A stretch of 32,000 nucleotides of DNA, from the NCBI GenBank assembly GCA_031546885.1, contig JAVBJS010000017.1, forward strand, positions 1,349-33,348. The letters run 5' to 3'. Position 1 is the first letter of the stretch. Each line of letters starts with the position of its first letter. The DNA comes from Desulfovibrio sp. Its GTDB lineage: Bacteria > Desulfobacterota > Desulfovibrionia > Desulfovibrionales > Desulfovibrionaceae. The position numbers and the translations under genes are program-made. The notes beneath the pieces are model-generated. The model was not told the origin of the DNA, searched no databases, and saw nothing but the letters and a program-made list of their open reading frames with translations. Of the stretch, positions 1 to 8,458 are shown one piece after another.

Positions 1-1264
1 CTTGAGTATCATCGCTAGAGCCATCATCGGCGATGATATGCTGAATGGGAAAATCAACGTCTTGCTCAAGCACGCTGCGCATATTATCTTCAATAAATTT
101 TTCATGATTATAGGTAAGGGTAAGGACGGAAAGCTTGGGGACAGGGCGGGGCATACGTATAATGCCCACAGGATGGGGGGCAATGGCGTCGCGTAACGCC
201 TGATGCACGATGCGCTGCTCGCGGGTGTAATACTGAACGGGAGCGGCCTCGAACTCCGCAAGCTGCGCTTCTGCAAAATCACGATCCAATCGCTCGGCAA
301 TGCGAAAAGCGACTTCTTCGGTAAGGCCGGTGAAAGGCTCCCAGTCAGGATCAGGATCAGGGAAGAGGCGTTCCATGCCGAATTGCTTGGCGAGGCTTGC
401 ATTGGATGCAGAATAATGGGTTACAATCGAGCGCCGGGTGCTGTAATCTAGAGAACATGCATTTGCCATCAGATTCGGGTAATCCTGCGCAAAACGGATG
501 GCGGGTTCTGCCCAGGGCGTCAGGCCGCTGGTAGACAGGGGAGAATGGCGCACCGCGCTGCATCCATATACGAAATCCCAGAAACTGCGGGGCATTATAA
601 CATTGAGCAAAGAAGGGGTAAAACGGAAATAGTCGCTCTCTATTTCTGCTGGTAAAAGCCCCGCTGCCCGGAATGATTCTTTTTGTGCTGCTAAAGTACT
701 GTCCAGCAAAGTGTCGTCAATATAACAATGCACATTCTTCTGCCCAAAAATGGTGTGCAATTGATCAATATACTTGCTATACCCCTCCAGCCTTGCAAGG
801 CAAAAAGAAACAAGATTCGTATGCAATGCCTTATTGTGCAGTAATCTATATGTGCCGTACTGAGCCTCTATTTCTCTATCCTGGCGAGAGAGGGTGAAAA
901 ATGCGGCACACTCAACGTTCGGGAATACGCGGTTAACCGCCGCATGGAGAACGGTCAATACATCAGGGGTTTGAAAGGCCAAAAAGGCAGAAAAGACAAG
1001 AGTTCTTTGGGGAAAGTGAGAATCTTCCGTCTTGATTTCGATTTTTCTCAGCAGTATATCGAGTGAAAGCGGCGCATCGGGGGCTTGTGCTAAGGAAAAT
1101 AGTTGCCCATGGTTTGCTATTCCAGGCGCCAGAACATTTGTAGAAAGATCGTCAGGATACAAAACTCCATGCTGCTTGAGGTTTGCCCGGTTCACACAAT
1201 ATGCACTTGCTATATCAGGCCCTTGCTTGCATGTTCCAACGAGGAAGAGTATTTTTGAAATCAT
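1..1264 (-). CDS. Partial two-domain protein: N-terminal domain of unknown function fused to a family-2 glycosyltransferase domain (3' end runs off the window)
   Basis: Absent from the ORF track because no stop lies in the window. My reverse-strand translation from ATG at 1264 (MISKILFLVGTCKQGPDIASAYCVNRANLKQHGVLYPDD...) stays open for about 421 codons to the window edge. It ends in a typical GT2 N-terminus (LSVLTLTYNHEKFIEDNMRSVLEQDVDFPIQHIIADDGSSDDT). A frame check (ATG at 376 is in phase with 1264) is consistent. Confidence 0.65.
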   Translation of the reverse strand, partial: MISKILFLVGTCKQGPDIASAYCVNRANLKQHGVLYPDDLSTNVLAPGIANHGQLFSLAQAPDAPLSLDILLRKIEIKTEDSHFPQRTLVFSAFLAFQTPDVLTVLHAAVNRVFPNVECAAFFTLSRQDREIEAQYGTYRLLHNKALHTNLVSFCLARLEGYSKYIDQLHTIFGQKNVHCYIDDTLLDSTLAAQKESFRAAGLLPAEIESDYFRFTPSLLNVIMPRSFWDFVYGCSAVRHSPLSTSGLTPWAEPAIRFAQDYPNLMANACSLDYSTRRSIVTHYSASNASLAKQFGMERLFPDPDPDWEPFTGLTEEVAFRIAERLDRDFAEAQLAEFEAAPVQYYTREQRIVHQALRDAIAPHPVGIIRMPRPVPKLSVLTLTYNHEKFIEDNMRSVLEQDVDFPIQHIIADDGSSDDTQ

Positions 1265-1336
1265 ATATAGTCCTTGTAACTTACTGTGGTACTCGCATAC
1301 TTATCGCCGATAAATCGGCGCTACTCTTGGAATGTT

Positions 1337-1900
1337 ATGGAAAACAACTCCACGTCGGGTGTTTTTATTCTAGTTTATGACAGGCAAGGAAGGCTCTTCC
1401 AACTTCGGCCAATCGCGGAAAAGCATCTTGCGCAAACACGAATGTGGGCTAATGATTCAGTGTTGCAGCACTGTATGTGCCGCTCTTCCTATGTTTCCGC
1501 AGACGATCAAGGCCGTTGGTTTCAAAAACTGAACGAAGACTCTTCGTGCATTGTTTTTGCCATTGAAGAAGCCAAATCGCAGCGTCATGTGGGCAATACC
1601 GGCCTGTATTCTCTCTCGTGGGAGCATAAACGGGCAGAATTTTGGATCGTACTGGCTCCGGAGGCCCAAGCGCACGGTCTTGGAAGCGCCGTGACGAAGA
1701 GCATGCTGCACTATGCTTTCCGCACCTGCTCTTTGAACCGGGTAGAAGCACTCGTTCGTGTGGATAACCACATTTCCATGCGCCTTTTTCTGCGGTCAGG
1801 CTTTATTCAGGAGGGATTGCTGCGCGAACACCACCAGGTACATGGATATCCTGTTGATATGGTTATACTGTCTTTCCTCGCGCGGCAATTTCGCGAATAG
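1337..1900 (+). CDS. GNAT-family N-acetyltransferase (WecD/PseH-like sugar N-acetyltransferase candidate)
   Basis: Track ORF 1286..1900 begins at a GTG; the first ATG is at 1337 (MENNSTS). The layout is GNAT-like: LRPIAEKHLAQTRMWANDSVL..., HVGNTGLYSLSWEHKRAEFWIVLAPEAQAHGLGSAV, RVEALVRVDNHISMRLFLRSGF. It is the only plus-strand gene inside the island. Confidence 0.75.
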   Translation: MENNSTSGVFILVYDRQGRLFQLRPIAEKHLAQTRMWANDSVLQHCMCRSSYVSADDQGRWFQKLNEDSSCIVFAIEEAKSQRHVGNTGLYSLSWEHKRAEFWIVLAPEAQAHGLGSAVTKSMLHYAFRTCSLNRVEALVRVDNHISMRLFLRSGFIQEGLLREHHQVHGYPVDMVILSFLARQFRE

Positions 1901-1966
1901 CTCTGACTGTAAACCTCCCTGTGGTTTGCAAGAGGGTTTTCCTCTGCCAAAACCTTTGATCTCGAT

Positions 1967-3085
1967 TTATGAAAAAAGTCGAAACAGGTGTTCGTCATTT
2001 TTTTTCTGCCCGTATGCCGTTGTAATAAATAGCTGCTGACGGGCTTTTTCTTCTTCGGTGAGTGGAGTTAAAAGGGCGGCGGGTGTGAGTTCTTCAAAAT
2101 TTCCTATGCTGTCCAAGCTCTCTTTGTAGCTGCCGAACATGGGGTTTTGGGAGGAAAGAAAAACTTTTTTTCCATAGTACAGAAGCTTTTTAATGGTCAG
2201 CCCCCCGAGATGATAATATCCAGCCATTATTGCTGCTGTTGAATTGCGCAGTAGTGTATTATGCAGTGGCTCTGAGAGTGCTTCCTGCATGGGAATAAAC
2301 GTTTCCCCAAGGTGTTCTTTTCCATATTGCGTAATTGGACAAGTCATGGTGTCCGCACCATATGCCAATTGCGCTACAAAAATAACATCTGAAGGAAATT
2401 TCATGTTTTTGAGCATGTCGATGATATCAATATAATTATTATATATAACTGATGAATTTCCCAACAAAATAATACGGACACTTTTATCGCATATAAAGGA
2501 TAGGTGCTGTGGAAAAGAGTTGTCTTGTTCCGTGGCAGACTGTACAGAAAATGGGAATGAAAAATCATATGTTTTGGGAGTTTCAATTCCAAAATCTGTG
2601 CGGATATCATTTATGCTGTGCGCATCTGAAAGAGTAAACGCATCAACCCGCGCTATGGCTCTGCGCTGTATGTCCGGAATGGATTTCGGAGCAAGCGGAA
2701 CACAGTTCCGCCGCTCGGCCCATGAACTCGTTCGTGGGCCGAGAAGATTATTGAATCGAGAAGCCATGCTCATATATGCGGGTTCAAAAATACCCCAGAT
2801 AACTTCTGGCCCCTTGGGAATAGCTGCCACCCAAGGTGCCAGATTAGGATACAGATTAAACAGAATAATCTTTTTATAGTCAGTGGCAGGCCTGGGAAGT
2901 TGGCTATGCGGCGCTTCCGCAAGCGGAATAAAGGGGATCTGTTCTTCGTGTGCGTCAAGGTGGGTATACTGATTCTTGGAGCGATATGTACAAACGATCT
3001 GGTTCTTGGCGGAGAGGCCGAGTTGTCGTAAGCGCTGTACCATAGACGCGGAAAAAAAATTATCGCCAATGAGCAACAGGTTCAT
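1967..3085 (-). CDS. Putative glycosyltransferase resembling WecF / GT56 (TDP-Fuc4NAc transferase family), tentative
   Basis: 372-aa ORF whose start overlaps the upstream stop by 1 nt. By-eye collinear resemblance to my recollection of E. coli WecF: PEVIWGIFEPAY vs FFWHIWGADLY, RIILLGNSSVIYNNY vs MTILVGNSGDRSNEH, GGLTIKKLLYYGKKVFLSSQNPMF vs [24 protein letters not shown]. No profile search was run. Confidence 0.5.
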   Translation of the reverse strand: MNLLLIGDNFFSASMVQRLRQLGLSAKNQIVCTYRSKNQYTHLDAHEEQIPFIPLAEAPHSQLPRPATDYKKIILFNLYPNLAPWVAAIPKGPEVIWGIFEPAYMSMASRFNNLLGPRTSSWAERRNCVPLAPKSIPDIQRRAIARVDAFTLSDAHSINDIRTDFGIETPKTYDFSFPFSVQSATEQDNSFPQHLSFICDKSVRIILLGNSSVIYNNYIDIIDMLKNMKFPSDVIFVAQLAYGADTMTCPITQYGKEHLGETFIPMQEALSEPLHNTLLRNSTAAIMAGYYHLGGLTIKKLLYYGKKVFLSSQNPMFGSYKESLDSIGNFEELTPAALLTPLTEEEKARQQLFITTAYGQKKNDEHLFRLFS

Positions 3086-4023
3086 CAGGCCTTCTCTTTG
3101 TTAGGTAGATGGAAGTCCGCGTAGGCAGACTGCCAATCCATGCACTGGCGGCATATATCCGGAAGTTTTTCATAGTCGCCACCAAGATGCATGTGTCGGT
3201 AAGAGGCCAGCGGCCCGTTCTGCCATAGTTCTTTCATGCTGTGGCTGAGTACGGAGCCACAGAGAACGCGCCCATGCACATCGACAGCACAGAGGTGTAC
3301 AGAGCCATCGCTGCCCACCACCATTGTGTGCAGCATCCAGTAACAGGGCAGACGGTGCGCCTGTAGAGAGGCATTGAGATTGCCCGCATCTACCAATCCG
3401 CCCCAACTCACTTTCGGGCGGACTTTGACCGCAATGTTGTGCGCGGCCCAGAAGGCTTTAAAGTCTGTGACCTCATGAGCATTATGTTCTGTAGTGATAA
3501 ATTGCACAAAAATTTTTTGTTCCGGCTTGCCTGCCTTTTGCAGTAGTTCGGCGTAAAGCTGGACGTTGCTGATCACGGATGCGAGATTACCGCCGATACG
3601 CATTTTTGCGTATGTTTCCTGTGTAAGCGCATCCACCCCGACATACAGGGCGTCAAGGCCGGCTTCAATATAGGCGCGGGCCTTTTGCTCTGTAATCAAG
3701 GTACCGTTGGAATTTAGTACAACATCTTGTAACCCCTGTTTTTTTGCATAGGCGATACGCTGCGGCATGTCCTGGCACAGAAAAGGTTCACCGAAAAAAA
3801 CAAGCCAGACACGCGACTGTGGACGCTCTGTGGCAATTTCATCAATGAGCCGTGTATAGAGCGCAAAAGGCATGGTTTCAATTTTTCTATATTCCTTAAT
3901 ATGTACATGGTCGCACATTGAGCAACGAAGGTTGCAAGCACTGGTAGAATCGATGCTAATACTATGAGGAAATTCTTTGCAATCTTCAAATACTCTTGTC
4001 CGAAGTGAACTAAATGACGTCAT
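3085..4023 (-). CDS. Radical SAM enzyme with SPASM/twitch-type C-terminal Cys motifs
   Basis: CxxxCxxC motif (CNLRCSMC) near the N-terminus. C-terminal C-x13(G)-x4-C (CYWMLHTMVVGSDGSVHLC) followed by CRQC. I chose the start at ATG 4023 (MTSFSS); 4044 or 4125 are also possible. It overlaps the upstream gene by 14 nt. Confidence 0.85.
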   Translation of the reverse strand: MTSFSSLRTRVFEDCKEFPHSISIDSTSACNLRCSMCDHVHIKEYRKIETMPFALYTRLIDEIATERPQSRVWLVFFGEPFLCQDMPQRIAYAKKQGLQDVVLNSNGTLITEQKARAYIEAGLDALYVGVDALTQETYAKMRIGGNLASVISNVQLYAELLQKAGKPEQKIFVQFITTEHNAHEVTDFKAFWAAHNIAVKVRPKVSWGGLVDAGNLNASLQAHRLPCYWMLHTMVVGSDGSVHLCAVDVHGRVLCGSVLSHSMKELWQNGPLASYRHMHLGGDYEKLPDICRQCMDWQSAYADFHLPNKEKA

Positions 4024-5065
4024 CACATTTCCCTTGGCTACCATCACTATCTTGAATGATCTTCCAAAAATTATAGTTCCAGGAACGGTATGCGCGATCT
4101 GGACAATTGTTGCAGGGCGGAACATCGTGCGCCATCCCCTTGAGGTGGAGCTCGCGAGCGTGCTGATACACTTTCCCTGACCAAATTTCTTGAAGCGTAT
4201 GCTCTGTTAAGGAGCCTGCCGAGTACGTATTATATCGGTCAACACCGCAAAAATTCACTTCGCCCCGAGGAGTAACCATGGTTCGCTCAAACAGCAGCGG
4301 GCACGGAATATTTTCTTCCGGCGGCAGATAGGGCGTAGGGTCTGCGGACTGCCCTGGGTCATTCACTCGCCACGTCAAAAATTTACGCACCTGCACAACA
4401 TCGGCATACGGCTCCCAATATTGCTTCGCCTGCTCCACATCGACATTGGCCTGGTTAATAATGCTGCAAATAATCCGCGTGCCGCTTTTGTGTTTTTCCC
4501 GCAGTTCCATCGCCATTTGTACATTCTCGTTCAGCTTGCGCCAATCCAGGCCGGCCCGGGCATAGGCATAGTCTATGGGGTTGCCCGCATCCACACTGAA
4601 TTCAAGGGTGTCGACTCCCGCAAGGATCAAACGCTCCAGCTTGGTCCGGTCATAGCACGAACCGTTGCTGATGACGCCCAGCTTGCAGCCCTGGCTTTTG
4701 GCGTACTCGAACAGCTCCATGGCCTGGGGGTGGAGCAGTGGCTCGCCCCCTCCGGTGATGCGCAAAAAGCTGTTATGCTTGCCGGTTTCATCCGCCAGTT
4801 TTTTGAACAGTTCCGTCGGCATAAACGGCACATCGGCAAAATGCTTCCTGACATCCCCAGCGGTAAACGCGCAATTGGGGCAGCGGGCGTTGCATACATA
4901 GCTAAAGGCCACAATAACCATAAGGGGAAATATTTCGGCCCCAGGGCGCATTCCATACTTTTCCCAGGTATGACAAATAGGAGTATTATTCATGCTATCT
5001 CTCTGCATGTGTAAAGCATGCATATCTGTTACAGGATGACGGTCAAACCTCGGGGCAAAAGTCAA
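4010..5065 (-). CDS. Radical SAM enzyme with SPASM/twitch-type C-terminal Cys motifs (paralog of 3085-4023)
   Basis: CNARCPNC motif, GGGEPLL glycine-rich SAM motif, C-terminal CPLLFERTMVTPRGEVNFC plus CNNC. ATGA overlap with the upstream aminotransferase. Confidence 0.85.
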   Translation of the reverse strand: MTFAPRFDRHPVTDMHALHMQRDSMNNTPICHTWEKYGMRPGAEIFPLMVIVAFSYVCNARCPNCAFTAGDVRKHFADVPFMPTELFKKLADETGKHNSFLRITGGGEPLLHPQAMELFEYAKSQGCKLGVISNGSCYDRTKLERLILAGVDTLEFSVDAGNPIDYAYARAGLDWRKLNENVQMAMELREKHKSGTRIICSIINQANVDVEQAKQYWEPYADVVQVRKFLTWRVNDPGQSADPTPYLPPEENIPCPLLFERTMVTPRGEVNFCGVDRYNTYSAGSLTEHTLQEIWSGKVYQHARELHLKGMAHDVPPCNNCPDRAYRSWNYNFWKIIQDSDGSQGKCDDVI

Positions 5066-6186
5066 AAACTCTTTACGACTTCTCTAAGGGCGGCAATTAC
5101 GGCGTTCTGCTCTTCATCGCGCAAGCCGGGGTACAGCGGGAGCGAGAGCGTGCGCTTGCCGATAGATGCGGCCACAGGGGTATCGTCTTCCCTGAATCCC
5201 TGTGCCCGGAAAAAGTTCAATTCCGGTAGTGCGCGATAGTTGACTGCAACGCCGATACCCCGCTGCTGCAAAGCCGACAGGACGGCATCACGTTGGGTAG
5301 CATCAACCCATACGGTCTGCAAGTGCCGGGCGCTGACGCTGTTTGGCGGAACTACCGGCGCGGCAAGGCTCAGGCGAGCAAGTACCTCTTCATACCGTTT
5401 GCAGAGGACTTCTCTCCGCTCCCGTTTTTCTTTGATCTGCGGTATCTGCGGGAGCAAAAGAGATGCCCGCAGGTTGTCTAGATTGTACTTCCAGCCTAAT
5501 TCAAGCATGTCCCAATGTTGGTAGGCCTTGCCGTACCGATCATAGGCATTGCGATCTATGCCGTGGCAGGAGAGTCTGCGCACCCGGGCGACCAGTTCCG
5601 CGTTGTTACTGGCCAGCATGCCCCCCTCGCCGCAGGTGACGTTCTTTGTCGCATAAAAGGAAAAACAGGCGCTGTCGCCAAGTTCGCCAGGACTGTAGCC
5701 ATCACGGGAACCCTCAAGACAGTGCGCGGCGTCTTCGATAAGGGCAAGGTCATACCGATCCGCCAGATCTCGCAGCATGCGCATATCACACATCGCTCCG
5801 TAAAGGTGCACGGGCAGAATGGCTTTGGTGTGCGACGTCACTGCGGCTTCTACCAGCGAGGCGTCCAGATTGCCTGTGTCCGGCTCCACATCCACAAATA
5901 CCGGTCGCCCGCCCGCCATGAATATGGCATTGGCCGTGGCAACGAAGGTCAGCGGGGTCGTGATAACCTCATCCCCAGGTCCGATTCCGGCGGCAAGCAG
6001 GGCAAGATGCAGGGCGGCTGTGCAGGAATCCAGAGCCACAGCATGTTGCAATCCCAGAAAAGTTGCAAAAGTGGCTTCAGCCTCCTGCACATAGTTGCCG
6101 GTGGTCAAAATGGGGCCAGCCAGCACTTGCGCAATGCGGGAGGCGCACTCAGGGCCAAGCTGATGCCGATAAAAGGGGACATGCAT
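5062..6186 (-). CDS. DegT/DnrJ/EryC1/StrS-family PLP sugar aminotransferase
   Basis: Family-typical sequence: HVPFYRHQLG..., ALDSCTAALHLALLAAGIGPGDEVITTPLTF, DAAHCLEG, FSFYATKNVTCGEGG (Lys for the PLP Schiff base). I chose the start at ATG 6186 (MHVPF), giving a 1-nt overlap with the rfbB stop. The track start at 6258 would lie inside rfbB. Confidence 0.9.
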   Translation of the reverse strand: MHVPFYRHQLGPECASRIAQVLAGPILTTGNYVQEAEATFATFLGLQHAVALDSCTAALHLALLAAGIGPGDEVITTPLTFVATANAIFMAGGRPVFVDVEPDTGNLDASLVEAAVTSHTKAILPVHLYGAMCDMRMLRDLADRYDLALIEDAAHCLEGSRDGYSPGELGDSACFSFYATKNVTCGEGGMLASNNAELVARVRRLSCHGIDRNAYDRYGKAYQHWDMLELGWKYNLDNLRASLLLPQIPQIKEKRERREVLCKRYEEVLARLSLAAPVVPPNSVSARHLQTVWVDATQRDAVLSALQQRGIGVAVNYRALPELNFFRAQGFREDDTPVAASIGKRTLSLPLYPGLRDEEQNAVIAALREVVKSF

Positions 6187-7235
6187 TAGTGAAGCTCCTT
6201 GTTTCCCTCTGAAGTAATGATGGGAATCTCGTGCATCCAGCATTGGGCCTGCCACCACTCTTGGTGGGTTGTATACCAGTCAATGGTGGCAGGCAGCCCT
6301 TCTTCCCAGGATATTTGAGGTTCCCAGCCCAGGGCGCGGTGAATTTTTTCCCAGTTGCAGGTATGGCGGATGACCTGACCCGGTCGATCGCCCACGAAGG
6401 TCCGGGCATTGGTCTTGTCCGGGCAAAGACGGGTACAAATGTCCTCGGCAATGGAAAGAATGTCCCGCTCCTGCCCGCTGCCGATGTTAAACGTTTCACC
6501 AATCACAGCGTCCTGCGGGGCATGAAGAATCAAATCCAGGGCCCGGCAAGTGTCCTGCACATGCACAAAATCGCGCGCGCTCCGGCCGTTTCCGTGTATG
6601 CGCATGGGAATGCCGAGTACGGCATTGGTAATGAAGCGGGGAACAAGTTTTTCCAAATGTTGGCGCGGCCCGTAATTATTGAAAGGGCGGACGATAACGG
6701 CGGGAATGTGGTAGGTCTGCCAATACGCGAACACAAGCCTGTCTGCGCCGCATTTTGCAGCGGCGTAGGGGCTCATCGGCATGAGGGGATGCTGTTCGTC
6801 CATGGCCGGGTACTGAGCGGAGCCGTACACTTCCGAGGTGGAGATATGAATGAACCGGCGAATGCGATTCCTGTTACTTAGTACCGCGTTGGCCAATACC
6901 TGGGTGCCCAGCACATCCGTACGGAAAAATTCGCTGCTGTCATAAATGGAGCGGGTCACATGGCTTTCAGCGGCGAAATGGACAACCATATCCGCCCGTG
7001 CCGTCAGATCGTTCACCAATTGGGCGTTGAGGATATTCCCATACCAGAACTCCAGCTGAGGGTGATCTCGCAGGGCGTTATAAGCCTCAGGCAAGTTTGC
7101 GACATTACCCGCATAGGTCAGGGCGTCAAGAATGAGGATTTTATACTGAGGATAGTGTTCATACATATAATGGACAAAATTGGAGCCTATGAATCCGGCT
7201 CCTCCTGTCACAAGTATATTTTTTTGGTGGCGCAT
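6186..7235 (-). CDS. rfbB: dTDP-glucose 4,6-dehydratase
   Basis: ILVTGGAGFIGSNFV Rossmann motif, LDALTYAGN, HFAAESHVTRS, STSEVYG and YAAAKCGADRL (YxxxK). Length is typical of RmlB/RfbB. Confidence 0.9.
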   Translation of the reverse strand: MRHQKNILVTGGAGFIGSNFVHYMYEHYPQYKILILDALTYAGNVANLPEAYNALRDHPQLEFWYGNILNAQLVNDLTARADMVVHFAAESHVTRSIYDSSEFFRTDVLGTQVLANAVLSNRNRIRRFIHISTSEVYGSAQYPAMDEQHPLMPMSPYAAAKCGADRLVFAYWQTYHIPAVIVRPFNNYGPRQHLEKLVPRFITNAVLGIPMRIHGNGRSARDFVHVQDTCRALDLILHAPQDAVIGETFNIGSGQERDILSIAEDICTRLCPDKTNARTFVGDRPGQVIRHTCNWEKIHRALGWEPQISWEEGLPATIDWYTTHQEWWQAQCWMHEIPIITSEGNKELH

Positions 7236-7266
7236 AGCATATTCCCATGATATTTAATTGTGCAAA

Positions 7267-8004
7267 TTATATACCAGACAACTCCCCCGCAATGAAGTCT
7301 TTTGCCTGCGGGCCGCAATTGAATAGCAGATCCAGCGCCGAAAGGTAAGGAGCAAAGGTGCCGTGCAACTGGGGATATTCGCGTGGCAGGTACGCTTGAA
7401 ACATAAGGTCAATCCCGTGTGCCGCAAACAACTTACGGTCGATATAGTTCTTGCCTGCCGCTCCTTCGTAAAAACATGTTCCTCCAAGGGCGGTGACAAT
7501 ATTGATCAGCCGCTCGTTCTTTCCGCCGTGAACCCCCAGTTGCGAAGAGCGAACAAGAGGGGTGCGGATATCAAAGGATTGACACATCCATTCCAAAATT
7601 GCGATAGTTAAATCGCTTAAAAAGCTCCAGGGCTGATCCAAAATGGCAAAAAAGTCCGGTGCATACTGGGAGAACCAAAGGCTTTTTTTGTAGCTCTGCT
7701 CTAATGTAGCCCTATGTTTTTTTTTCCATTTTGCGGCATCCGCGCAAATAGAAATGCTGTTGAGCCTCTGTTCTGCACAAGCCATTGATGCATGCACGGG
7801 AACAGTCAACCAGCGGACTCCCTGATCTGTTTTTATTCTGTTTCTATTACGCCACCCATGCTTATCAAATGGCACGTCATCATAGAAAACGAAAACATCA
7901 GCACGGGCAATCTGCTCAAAATATCCAATCCATGGGATGTAACTTGGTTGCAAAATACCGATTGTTTTTGCGTTTATTCGTAACGCTGCGTGGTTTTTAA
8001 TCAT
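7267..8004 (-). CDS. WbqC-family protein (glycan-cluster protein of unclear function)
   Basis: IGILQPSYIPWIGYFEQIARADVFVFYDDVPFDKHGWRNRNRI is the characteristic WbqC-like N-terminus. The track start at 8028 is a TTG; the first ATG is 8004. Confidence 0.75.
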   Translation of the reverse strand: MIKNHAALRINAKTIGILQPSYIPWIGYFEQIARADVFVFYDDVPFDKHGWRNRNRIKTDQGVRWLTVPVHASMACAEQRLNSISICADAAKWKKKHRATLEQSYKKSLWFSQYAPDFFAILDQPWSFLSDLTIAILEWMCQSFDIRTPLVRSSQLGVHGGKNERLINIVTALGGTCFYEGAAGKNYIDRKLFAAHGIDLMFQAYLPREYPQLHGTFAPYLSALDLLFNCGPQAKDFIAGELSGI

Positions 8005-8458
8005 ATGTTTTTTTTTAAATTTTCTCAAGCATCTTTACCAGTTCAATCCTGGGCAGCGCCCCCTTCTCAGGCGGGTAAGGACGATCTGGGCAGGCGGTAC
8101 CCCCGTTGACAATGCGTAGTGAAGGGTTTTTGGACGGGCGCAGCATATTACCTAGAGCAATGAATCACTGAAAATTGCAGTTTGTTGAAGCCAAATAAGA
8201 ATCATTTCGGGCTCTGCCCAAACCCGACAGGGACTGTAAAGAGGGCTGCGTAAGGTGCCATTCAGCAATCGTATAGTGTTTCGTGGGTCACTCTACAGCA
8301 AAGCGCGCCACACCTGCACCCGGAATTTTTTGTTTTCTGCAAATAAAAACGCAAGGTTAAGTGTTATATGGCACTAGGCTACGTTGTCGATTTTCCAAAG
8401 CCTTGACGATATATTTTTATGTTGCAATTTAGACTGAAAGTCATACATATCAGCTTTT

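Noticed and set aside
2-1313. Short plus-strand track ORFs 2..196, 203..451, 673..897 and 1032..1313
   Set aside because: The minus strand reads through the whole interval without a stop and ends in a GT2 motif, so these are antisense fragments.
1900-1967. Possible bidirectional terminator between the convergent GNAT and WecF-like genes
   Set aside because: Only a 5-bp stem (AGAGG-GTTTT-CCTCT) could be found, which is too weak to call.
3085-5065. RiPP (ribosomal peptide) maturation cluster, suggested by the SPASM-type radical SAM enzymes
   Set aside because: There is no small precursor ORF, leader peptidase or exporter nearby. Both genes are overlap-coupled to the sugar dehydratase and aminotransferase genes, so a sugar-modifying role is more parsimonious.
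4421-6881. Plus-strand ORFs 4421..5014, 5515..6189, 5819..6094 and 6231..6881 (up to 224 aa)
   Set aside because: They are antisense shadows within GC-rich minus-strand genes (radical SAM, degT, rfbB) that carry unambiguous family motifs. The plus-strand products are Arg/Gly/Ala-rich with no motifs.
8369-8388. TGGCAC motif suggesting a sigma54 -24 element
   Set aside because: The required GC of the -12 element is not at the correct 12-nt offset (TTGT lies 2 nt too far). The motif also faces the plus strand, where no gene follows.
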